64,000 bases of DNA from assembly GCF_009914755.1 (NCBI RefSeq), contig NC_060932.1; one strand, written 5' to 3'. The notes under the pieces were generated by a model. The model was not told the DNA's origin, did not search any database, and was given only the letters and a program-made list of their open reading frames with translations. Below, in pieces: positions 36,873-56,245 of the stretch; position 1 is the stretch's first letter, and each line of letters opens with the position of its first letter. The position numbers and the translations under genes were made by a program. The stretch comes from the human T2T-CHM13v2.0 reference genome, Homo sapiens.

Positions 36873-37400
36873 TGTATTAGCTAGCTATTGCTGTGTAACA
36901 AACCAATCCAAACTTAGTGGTTTGAAGAACCGTTACTATACCTTGTGAGTCTATAGGCCAGCTGGATGGTTCTGCTTATCTAGGCCAGGCTTAGTTGATC
37001 TCAGTTGGACTTATATATGCATTTGCAGCCCCAAGCATCAGGTCAGCTGACTGGTCTAAGATATTCCTCTCCATGTGTGGCAGAGGGCTGCCTTGACTTA
37101 GGCAACAGGTATAACTAGGTTATGTGTTTCTCATCATTCAGCAGGCAAGCCTGGGCTTGGTCACATGGCAGAGGCACAATTACAAGAGAAAGTGCAGAAA
37201 CATGCAAGGACTCATGAAGCCTAACTCAGAACTGCTATCCTGCCATTTTTGCCATTTGCTATACAGGCCAAAGTAAATCATAAGGCTTGATTCAAGGGAT
37301 GGAGAAATATTCTTCATCTCTTATGGGAGGAGCTGCATGATCAAACTGCAAAAATCTCTAGTATATGGAAAAAGGGGACATTTCTGCAATCAATCTATAA
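36873..37400 (-). mobile_element. MLT1G/H-like MaLR solo LTR
   Basis: tgtattagctagctattgctgtgtaacaaac...aacttagtgg...gcaatcaatcta. Confidence 0.7.
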
Positions 37401-37515
37401 TGCAAGCAATTCCTTATTCTGGTCTTTACAATAAGCTCCAGCTCCTATTGACCCCACTTAGCCCTACCTCTATTAGTCTAGCCTAAAATGGACATTAATA
37501 TATCAAGGAAGTTGC

Positions 37516-37887
37516 TGTTAAACTAAATTTGGCCTGAGGATGCCTCCATACTTTGAGTCCCTAGTAACAAACTGCAACCTATCTTAGGATGTAAATTAAC
37601 TAAAAGCCTAATTTAGGAATACAGTTTTGAAACAACTTGAGTCTCATCCAATCACAGCAGCTGAGCCTCAGTCAATCACAGGCAGCCAACTGATCAGACC
37701 ATGTCCAAATTAGGCAAATGCCAAGTTGTAACCAATCAAAATGTTTCTATACCTCACTTCTACTTTCTATCAATAATTGCTGCCTGCCCACCTTGTGGAG
37801 TGGAGGTCTCTGAATCTCTTCTGGTTCTAAGGGCTCCCTGATGTGAATTATCCACATATACAGGGCCCCTCTGACCTGATTTAACAC
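37516..37887 (+). mobile_element. MER57-family ERV1 solo LTR
   Basis: tgttaaactaaatttggcctgagg...; CCAAT-type boxes (ccaatcacagc, gtcaatcacagg, aaccaatca). Confidence 0.7.
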
Positions 37888-38681
37888 AAAAATGAAGTCA
37901 AATCAGGAGCTGTAGTCTCTGCAGTTTGTGGTGGGAGAATTATGATTCCTGTTAGAAAGACCCTTCTTATCCAGAGCAAACCTGGTAAGACCAAGCACAG
38001 ATGTGTGATGTCAGGTCGGTCCAGCAGTACCTTGTGGATATAAGCCTAATACCATTCAGAAAGCAATAAGAGGGAAAAGAAAGGAAATCAAAGAGCAGGT
38101 CAGTGAAGGAATAAATCAAAAGGAAGAATCCAGAAAAAGAAAGAGAGAAATTATACTGTAGTACATTTATTTTTATGGGGAGAAAAAAACATATTGGGAT
38201 ATGAGACGGTAGGCAGGGGAGAGGAAGCGGGACACATCTCTGATGAATTCCCTGCTCATTCTTTAGCATGCAAAAGCTAGTGCCTATTTGGCAGATCACT
38301 TTAAAAGGCTCTGCTCATTCCAGTCCCAGCAGGTGGAGATTTAAGGGGTAAGGCTGTCTGATCCACTGAGTGGATGGGCAGTATTTGGAGTTTCTGGGGA
38401 GCCATTTTAATCTCTCTTCAAAGGGGCCAGTTACTATTGTATCACCGCAAGAATGCATCGTAATGCCAGTGGTCCTTACCACACTAAACTGGGATTGCTT
38501 TTCATAGAGAGCCTCCCTAGAGACCAAAACTTTTGCTCTGAATCTTAGGGATTTCTCTGGTGGAGAAAGTTTTACATATCCTTCACCTATCCCCCCAAAA
38601 TAAACAAATAATTAAAACTAACAAGGAAACTGGGAAACCCAAAATAGAATACAAAAAGTAAAAATGGACCTCACTGTATTA

Positions 38682-38960
<279 letters not shown>

Positions 38961-39034
38961 CTAAACAAAAAATTAATAGTATACAAATGCTATAATATAG
39001 TTATTAAAGTGTTTCTCCCAAAGGTATGGGTTAG

Positions 39035-39343
<309 letters not shown>

Positions 39344-39425
39344 CTGGGTTAGCTATTCTGAAGCACTTTACATGTGTACTAGAATCAAATAATTAAATAG
39401 TGTATATTGTAGATAAAGAAAGCTA

Positions 39426-39808
<383 letters not shown>

Positions 39809-40818
39809 TCATTGTTTTTAATATCTATACAGACAGATACGTGCAGAAATATAAATGTGGGGGTGTTGCTATACATACATGTATTTTCTAGCTCTGTCTG
39901 CTGGATAAGCCTAAAAGCAATGACACTCCAGTAGCAATGAGCATGCCTAATTGCCCAGATTTTTATTTCTACTCACTTTTCCCCAATTTCTTAGAGAGTA
40001 GGTGATTCTAAGGCTGGGGTGGGAAAAATACAAGACGGATGTCTTGTGGTGGCAGAAAAATGAAAGTACTCAAAAAAGATTGTGAGCTTGCCAGAGAACA
40101 CGAGCTAACCTGAAAGAGCTCCTAACAACTAAAGATGGAAAAGGTTAAACAACAAAATAAATAATGACAGCATTATATTTTAATCAGTAAAATAAGCTAA
40201 ATGTCCATGAGTCTACACTGATATAAATAAGCAATGAAATGCATAAAGAAATGGGGAGAAAGGACATATCTTCCCTAAAGAACAATTTCAAGCAATATAC
40301 AGAGAAAAGAGAAACAAAAAATCACTATTTGGTAAACACCACAGTAAAAACTGTTGCAGACAAGATCTGCTTATGAATCTTAAAATTACTGGAAAAATTT
40401 GAGGGGAAATAAATATTTTTATATTCTCAATACACCTACTCAAGATATTTATGAACTACAAAGGGAACGATAACTCTACAGTGGGAAGACTCATCAGGTA
40501 CCACCTGAAAGAAGTAATCATGGTTAATATCACCAGTAGTAAGACCTACTGACATAATGAACCCCTTAATATGATGCCCTGAGGATACAATATCATTTTT
40601 GTTTTGCTCTTAACAAAAACATACAACCGCATTCTAATTGTGAGAAATGATCAGGCAAGCCAAATTGAGAAATATCCTACAAAATAACTGATTAATACTC
40701 TTCAAAATAAGTCAGTCCTAAAAGGACAGACTGAGGAATTGTCATGGTTTAGAGGAGATGAAGGAAAAATGACAACAAATAAGATGACAAGCGGGATTCT
40801 AATTAAGATCCAGGAACA

Positions 40819-42961
<2,143 letters not shown>

Positions 42962-43204
42962 AAGATCCAGGAACAGAAAAAGGACATTACTGAAAAAAAC
43001 TAGGGAAATTAAAATAAGAGCTACAGTTAGTTAATAATATTATAACATTGTTAATTTTTTGGTTTTGATAATTGCAGTATGGTTATATAAGATAAATATT
43101 AGATTAAAATTAAAGTGAGAGGTATATGAGAATCCTCTATATTATTTTTGCAATGCTTCTGTAACTCTAAAATTAGTTCAAAAAAGGGTTTTAAAAAGAG
43201 AAAT

Positions 43205-43665
43205 TCAATTAAAAATGTGAGCAAAATATTTGAACAGATACTCATTAAAGATGTGTCAAAAGAAGCCAGTGAGAAGATGTTTAACATGATCAATCATTAA
43301 GGAAATAAACATTAAAACCACAATGAGATACCACTACATATCTATTAGAATAGCTAAAATTAAAAAAAAAAAAAACTAACAATACCAAGTGCTGGTTTGA
43401 GAATGTGCGGCAGCTGCATCTTTCATGCATTGCTGGTGGGAATACAAAATGATAGTGATTTGGGAAAACAGTTGGCAGTTGCTGATAAATTACATACTAT
43501 ATGACTCAAGGATCCCACTCCTAGATATTTACCCAAAAGAAATTAAAACTTATGTCCACCCAAGAACTTAGTTGCAAATATTTATAATGGTCTATTTATA
43601 ATAGCCTCAACCTGGAAATAAAATGTTTCTTACTAAATGATTAAACAAACTATGGCATATTCCCA
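43205..43665 (+). mobile_element. Old L1M ORF2 3' fragment
   Basis: attaaaaccacaatgagataccactac; atcccactcctagatatttaccc. Confidence 0.75.
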
Positions 43666-43962
43666 CCCTTTGATTCTTGGGAAAGGCTGGGAAAGTTGGT
43701 TATCTGAAAGTTTTGCAAAAATAACGGGAATCAATGATACACGCACCTAGAGGTCAGAGGATGAGAAAACACACAGTATGATTTATCCCACTGAGTCACC
43801 TTTTGGGCCCCATGGTGCCCATGTTGAATGGATTCCTGCAAATCTCTTCTCTCTTGGCCACCCTCCCTCTGTCCCATCCCCACTCCCAGGATCTAGCCTC
43901 CTCTCTTCCAGCACCTACAAGGTCAAGGGGAGACCTTCCTCCCTGGCGTCATTGAGGATAAA

Positions 43963-44066
43963 CACAGTGTCTTCACAGTTCCCTGGGCTTCACAGGGAAG
44001 CCCAGGAAGCCTCGGTTCCCTGGGCTTCACAGTTCCCTGGGCTTCTCGGTTCCCTCCACAGTGTCT
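43963..44066. repeat. Mosaic of short direct and inverted repeats
   Basis: gttccctgggcttc x3, inverted gaagcccagg, bounded by cacagtgtct x2. Confidence 0.85.
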
Positions 44067-44728
44067 GGAGGCTGAGCAATCAATGCTGTTCTTAGCATGA
44101 TTTTAGATATTTGGCTAGACATTTATTGAGTTCTGACTGTATGCCAGTAATCAGAGAAACAATGACAAAACAGACAAAATTCCTGCCCTAATGAATAGTG
44201 ATAATAATAATTTAATTTTAAAAGAGAAAAACTAATGGAATCAAGGCTCGAGGTAGACACCTTGAGCAGCAAGAGGTCCTGGAGGGAAGAAGACAAATCT
44301 GGGGGGTGGCTTGCCCTTTCCTCAAATACGATGCTTGCTTATCTCCTTAGGGAGCACAAAGATCTTTCCTTCTTTAACTTTCTTTAAATAGCCTCCAGTG
44401 GACTCTTCCACATCACAGTTTCTATCAAATATATTTGAGTTTAGAAATTCTCTAACTGATGGTAAGATATAAGTAATATTAATGGTATTGGAATTTAAAA
44501 GTACAAGGTAGAAAGAAGACCCATTTTTCCTTAAATATCCTGATATGCTTTGAATTTTTATCATATGTGTATACTATTTTTATCACAAATAATATTAACA
44601 AATTTTTATGTGTTCTTCTTTCTGTGGTCCTATGACAGAATGTACTATCACTAGCATTTTCTCCTAAGCTAACAATATATAATCAAATCCTTCAAAAGCC
44701 CATGACTTTTTAAGAATTGAGCATCAAG

Positions 44729-44898
44729 ACCGCACAAGCCTCCTGATCAAACCCTGCCTTCTATTTCCATCCCTGCTCCCACTTCACTTCACTGTAATTA
44801 TATAACTAAGGTGATCCTTCACCCTGATAATAAACACTAATGTCTATGTCATTCCTCTGTTCATAACACTCCCATTGCTCCCTATTAAAAAAAAAAAA
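44729..44898 (+). other. Orphan L1-mediated retro-insertion (non-Alu, non-L1 body)
   Basis: Perfect 17-bp TSD aagaattgagcatcaag (44712-44728, 44899-44915), pure A tail from 44887, TT|AAGA endonuclease-like site, AATAAA at 44829-44834. Confidence 0.85.
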
Positions 44899-44949
44899 AA
44901 GAATTGAGCATCAAGTAGCAATTCCATTTCTAGAAAATTATTCTGCAGA

Positions 44950-45165
44950 GGTAGTGAAGCATATCAATATGGAATGTGGGCTCTGGAATGAGACCTGGAT
45001 TTAAAACCTAGCTCTGCCACATTCTACCTGTGTGACCCTGAACAAACTACTTAACATTGTTTCTACTAATTCCTGCCTCCAATACCTACCCCATTGGCCT
45101 GTTAAGAAGATTAATTGAGATAACACATGTAAAGTTCTTTGCCCACAGCTTAGACCAAAGAAAAT
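44950..45165 (+). mobile_element. MIR
   Basis: gggctctggaatgagacctggatttaaaacctagctctgccac...tgtgaccctgaacaa. Confidence 0.8.
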
Positions 45166-45373
45166 ACAATTATGCTTCACTTAATGATGGGGATACATTC
45201 TGAGAAATGTGTTGTTAGGCAGTTTCTTCAGTACTCAAACATCACAGAGTGAACTTACACAAACCTAGATGGTACAGCCTACTACACACCCAGGGTAGAT
45301 GGTATAGCCTATTGCTCCTAGGCTACAAACCTGTACAACATGTTACTGTCCTGAATACTGTAGGCAATTGTAA

Positions 45374-45758
<385 letters not shown>

Positions 45759-46049
45759 GAAAAATATTTCCTTTATGTCCTTATTCTATAAGCTTTTTTC
45801 TATTTTTAAAATTTATTATTATTTCTTACTTTTTAAACTTTTTTGTTAAGAACTAAGACACAATAACATTAGCCTAGGGCTATAAAGGATCAGGATCATC
45901 AATGTCACTGTCTTCCACATCCACATCCTGTCACAGTGGAAGGTCTTCAGAGGCAATGACACACATGGAGCTGTCACCTCCTTTGATAACAATGCTTCTG
46001 GAACACCTCCTGAAGGACTGCCTGAGGCTGTTTTACAGTTAACTTTTTT

Positions 46050-47136
46050 CTCCTCTTTTTTAAATTTTTTATTTTTATTTTTTTTTTGTTTCAATAGGTT
46101 TTTGGGAGAACACGTGGTGTTCGGTTACATGGATAAGTTCTTTAGTGGTGATTTCTGAGATTTTGGTGCACCCATCACCCGAGCAGTGTACACTGTACCC
46201 AATGGGTAGTCTTTTATCCCTTGCCACACCCATCCTTCCCACTGAGTCCCCAGAGTCCACTGTATCATTCTTATGCCTTTGGGTCCTCATAGCTTCGCTC
46301 CTACTTATGAATGAGAACATACAATGTTTGGTTTTCCATTCCTGAGTTACTTCACCTAGAATAATGGTCTCCAATTCCAACCAGGTTTTTGCAAATGCTG
46401 TTATTTTATTCCTTTTTATGGCTGAGTAGTATTCCATGGTGTGTGTGTGTATATATATATACCACATTTCTGTTATTCACTCATTTATTGATGGGCATTT
46501 GAGCTGGTTCTATATTTTTGCAATTGCAAGTTGTGCTGCTATAAACATGTGTATGCTGGTATCTTTTTTTGTATAATGACTCCTTTTCCTCTGGGTAGAT
46601 ACCTAGTAGTGAGGTTGCAGTGTAAAACAGTAGGTCTACTTTTACTTTTACTGTTTGACTTATTTCTTTAAAGACTCTTCACACTGTTTTTCATAGTGGT
46701 TTTACTAGTTTACATTCCCACCAACAGAGTAAAATTGTTCCCTTTTCACCACATCCATGCCAACATCTATTTTTTAAAGCTTTTTTGATTATGGCCATTC
46801 TTGCAGAAGTGAGGTGATATCACATTGTGGTTTTGATTTGCATTTCCCTGATAATTAGTGATGTTGAGCATTTTTTCATATGTTTGTTGGCCATTTGCAT
46901 ATCTTCTTTTGAGAATTGTCTATTCGTGTCCTTAGCTCACTTTTTGATGGGATTATTTGTTTTGTTCTTGCTGATTTGTTTGAGTTCCTTGTAGATTCTG
47001 GGTATTAGTCCTTTGTTGGAAGTATACATTGCAAAGATTTTCCCCCACTCTTTGGGTTTTCTGTTTACTCTGCTGATTATTTCTTTTGCTGTGCAGAAGC
47101 TTTTTCGTTTAATTAAGTCCCACCTATTTATCTTTG
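46050..47136 (-). mobile_element. 5'-truncated L1PB-like element
   Basis: Same 3'UTR type as 2684-3583; 17-bp TSD ttacagttaactttttt at 46033-46049 and 47137-47153. Confidence 0.9.
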
Positions 47137-47479
47137 TTACAGTTAACTTTTTTTAATAAGGAGAAGTACACTCTAAAATAATGATAAAATATAATATAGT
47201 AAATACATAAACCAGTAACATAGTTGTTATTATCATTATCAAGTATTATGTACTATACATAGTTGTATATGCTATACTTTTATATTATTAATAGTGTGGT
47301 AGGTGTGTTTACACCAGCACCACCACAAATACATGAGTAATCTGTTGTGCTATGATGTTATACCACTAGTTGATAGAAATTTTTCAGTTCCACTATAATC
47401 TTTTGGAACCATTGTCATTGACCAAACAGTCATTATGAAATATATGATTGCATATAGTGTATCTGAAGGTAATGGTGCT

Positions 47480-52060
<4,581 letters not shown>

Positions 52061-54061
52061 CCGGATGATTCATGCTGATGGTTTCAAGTCAGCAATGGTA
52101 TTAAAGCCATCAATGTTGCAGGGAGGGGGGCAGTAGAAGACAAGTTTGCAGAGTTCTGGGAATCCCTCTGCTCTCCTGCCAGCAGATGAAGATGCAGGGA
52201 GAGGGCTGACCTGCTACACGTACATTTCTGGAGCTTTTCATCACTCATTGGATGGGGAGATTATAGACAATTTTAATTTTCTTTTGCTTATCGGATTCTA
52301 CAATTTATATCATGAAAGCATACCCCTTTTGTGATAAGAATATTTTACCCAATCCCAGAACTTTCCAATACTTCCAGCTATTGTGTGACTTTGAATTAGT
52401 CATTTAAAAAATTTAGAGAGTGTCTCCATCTGTTTATTAAAAATGTAAATGGAAGGTTAAAGTATTTCCTGTATGTACAAATATAGGAGAGAGTTCTATC
52501 ACTTACATAGGAAAAGCTTTCACATTCATGTAAATCTACATTCCAGAATCATCACCAATTGGCCTAGAACCTGATCTTTCCATGCTGTTACTGAAATATT
52601 TACCCCTAAGAATGACAGTGCTCTATCTACTTTCTAAGAGTTCTATTTGTTTGTATTAACCCATGGAAGTCAAGACATTATAAGCCAGAACAAGATCACA
52701 GAAAGCAGAAATCACCTGCTCTGATTAAATCAACCTTAGGAAAGAGGCTGTGGCAAGCCTCACAGGTGTCTATTTCCAGACACTAGAAGAAATTCATCTG
52801 TAAGAAATCCGCAAAAGCCAATTCAAATTATTTTTAAAGCATTATGAGGTGAGGTAGATTATTGCTAATACCAGGAAAAGCTACTCATATAGCCCAAGCC
52901 CCTGTTAAAACCAAAGACAGAACATTTCCTTCTCTGCTAATAGTGACAAGGTACATTGTGTTGCCCTGTCCCCTTGTGAATTCCTTCCCACCAAAAGAAC
53001 CCCAGCAATGCTCCCATAGAATTCATTCCTTTCTAACTAACAGACTATTCAACTCTCCAAATTGCAATAAAGACTTCTAAATGGGTCTTTTAGAATAAAA
53101 TGTGTTTCCTGAAGAAGAAATTGGAATGGCTGTTTGGAGCACTGAAAGCCTGTATTTATCCAGGGAACGGGAACTTCTTTTGGAGTTACTTTGCCCTGAA
53201 ATGTTGTCTTGCTATTACATGAAAAACAACAGCTCTCAGCCAGACCAGTACTTGCCAGCCTTCCTGTGCATTTAGTGATCACAGCAATGAGGCCTCTCCC
53301 CAGAATGGCCATCCATAATCCAACGATAGTCTCAGGCTGTGAGCCATCTTTAGGAAGACCAACCCAACTTTACCCCAATTGCTTTCTGACCCAAAGCCCA
53401 TTAAACTAGACTCCTGATCAGGTCCATTTGTGCTTTATGTCTAATTTTAAAGGAGTGTGTTCTGGGTCAAGAGATTATTTCCAATCCTCTTTTAAATTGT
53501 CTAAAATTCACAGGCTGATATAGTTAGACACCAGGAAGATCAATGGGGATAGAATAGATGCCCATCTGTCTAATGAGATTTGGATGTTCAATTTTACTGG
53601 CCTGTTGATTCTAGCTACCATCCAGTTGGCCAGAGGTTACTTCCACAGTGTGTTTCTATTTTCTTGTTCAGTCAAATTTAAAAGTATTGGAGCGAGGGGC
53701 CCCCATTGCTTCCTCAGGAGCAAGAATGAGACAGATCTTTTCATGAAGACATTTTCTTGCACCACCTTAAGAAGTTTTTGTTGCCCTCAGCATTGATGCA
53801 TTTTTTTTCCTAGATGTTTCCTCTTGGAGCCCAGTAAACTATTTACTCCATCCCTAACATTCATGCTTCAGGTACTTGCAGATGATTTGGATTCTCCCTC
53901 CTCAACCCTGTTTGGCTGTATTGTAAACACATCTAACCATCTCATTTCTTATTCGTCCTGACTCCTGCCCTTCCCCTGATAAATCGGACATAACTAGTCG
54001 TGGCTTTTCCTAAATATTCTAGTATTTTTCAACCGTTTCCTAGCACTTGGTGAAATGTAAT

Positions 54062-54528
54062 TGTATCGGTTTGCTATTTCTGTGTAACAAAAAAACCACA
54101 ATATCTTAGAGTTTAACAGTAAGCATTTAACTTTTATATCTGTGGGTTGGCTGGGAGTCAGCTGATCTAGGCTGGGCTCAGCTAGGGTGGTCTGACTGGG
54201 AGGGTTCAGCTGGGTTGCATCTGTTCTGTGTACCTCTTTTCCCCCTCCTAGCATCAGAGGCCTAGATGTGTTCTCCTCACAGCAATGGCAGAACATAAAA
54301 AGGAAAATGGAAACACATAGACCTCTTGAAAATGAGGCTCAAAAATGATGCACTATTACTTCCACCTCTTTCTCTTGGCCAATGCAAATCACATGGCCCA
54401 ACCCAAGTCAAGAGACAGGGAAGTATATACTTCCATCCCTTTCATAGGGGGAACTACAAAGTCACATGGCAAGTGGCATGGATATAGGACATAGTGAAGA
54501 GCTGGGGCTAAAAATGCAATCTACCATA
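54062..54528 (-). mobile_element. MLT1H/I-like MaLR solo LTR
   Basis: tgtatcggtttgctatttctgtgtaacaa...gctgatctaggctgggctcagct...aatgcaatctacca. Confidence 0.75.
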
Positions 54529-54814
54529 GTAGCCAATGCATCTGAAGCATCACACAAGTGTCTTTCTAAGACCTGGTATTTTTCATTGTTCTCTTTAAGT
54601 ACCATGAAACAGCTACATTATTGGTATTTTTAGCAGTATTGCTGATGCTTATCAGAGATTGTGAGTCCTTGAAGGGCATCTAGAACATGATTTCCCTAGC
54701 AGAATAGAGATACAGCCTGTTTAAGAGAGAAGCCTTAAGTCCCTCCAGAACCAGATCAGGATGATTGTGGAAGCACTAAAAAGTAACTAGTGTCATTTTA
54801 AACTCTGGTGATGA

Positions 54815-55650
54815 AGTAATAATGATAGGTAGTTTTTATTGAGTATCTAATATGTTCTAGGCCATTGATATATACTCTTTTATTGATAATCTCACTACAA
54901 ACCTGCACAGTATTATTATCACTACTCTCAAATGAGAAAATTGGCTCTAAAAGATTAAGACATTTGTCCAATATTACATGAGTTTCAAATGCAAAAGGTA
55001 AGTTTCAAACCCATGTTGGTCCTAATCGCAGTATCTATATTCTCTCCAATACCTCCCATGAAATAAGATTTAAGAATCCTCTTGATGCCTGTAATATGTA
55101 CATACATACACAAAATATACACGAGATGGAGTAAAATAACAAAAGCAAGATAAAGAACATTTAGTATAATATACTATCTTTGGGGTTTAAAAAGCAGGGG
55201 GCAAGGATAGGTAGGAAGAAAATTAAAATTTGTGTTTGTATTTGCTTGTCTATGCATGAAGAAACTCTAGAACAATACATAAGAAACTAAGAACTGTGAT
55301 TATATATGAGGAAGTGGAATGAGGACAAGGATGGGAGGGAGAATTTCATGGTGTATCTATTGATACTTCCTGGTTTTTTGAACAATGTGAATGATAGAGC
55401 TATCCACAGAATTAAATGTAAAGATAAATAAATAAATACTGGACCAAACTAGGGTAGGACAGAGAAATGAGCTAGGGCTTTGAGGAGTTTAGTGTCTACA
55501 AAGCTCCATTAAAAAGAGCAGCAGTTTGTGGGGGAAGGTGAGATTTAGAGATCCAGTGTCCATCTATACCCTACCAGGCTATTATTTGAACAGCAAAAGG
55601 TATTGGCATAGACGGTCTCATCCAGAAGAGTGCTACCAGGACAGTGACTC
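54815..55650. mobile_element. MIR (-, 54815-55050), L1ME 3' fragment (+, ~55140-55440) and L3/CR1 fragment (~55490-55650)
   Basis: aaatgagaaaattggctctaaaagattaag (MIR); catccagaagagtgctaccaggacagtga (CR1-like). Confidence 0.55.
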
Positions 55651-56245
55651 AGAGCTATTAATGGGAAAAACAATTATTCCTCTGTACTAGATGTTAATCA
55701 ATCCTGGCTGCATTTAGCCCCATGTTGTGCTACTATGTGATTTGCTGCCTGCAATCCCTTTGTATCTCAATGTGACAGATCCTAAGGTCCTTTTCTCCCT
55801 ACCATGAAATTCTTTTTACTGGATGCCACTGCTTGAATTGTCTTCATTATTATTTATCAGTTTCTCCTATTTATAGGTTCTCTGTTACCAATTCCATTTG
55901 AATTATATCTCTTGAATCAGTGACTGTTTTTACCATTTAGAGATCATTGTTAAGCATTTATTTAGTGTGAGGTTTGACTATAAAATAAAGTGAACATTTC
56001 TAATACACTATGACTTGCATATACAAATGAGTGTTTTCATTTCAAAGTAGTCACTTCAGGATGTTATTCCCCTAACAATTTAAGAGATTATACTCATAAT
56101 TGTTTCCTTGCTATTAACTGAAAAACATGCTAACACTTACTCTTGCCAAGTTCATCCTTTAAGACTCAGATTAGGGATCCTCTCCCTCTGACAGCCTTTC
56201 TGGAATCTTCAGATATTCATTCTTTATGATCCAATAGTTTCTGAT

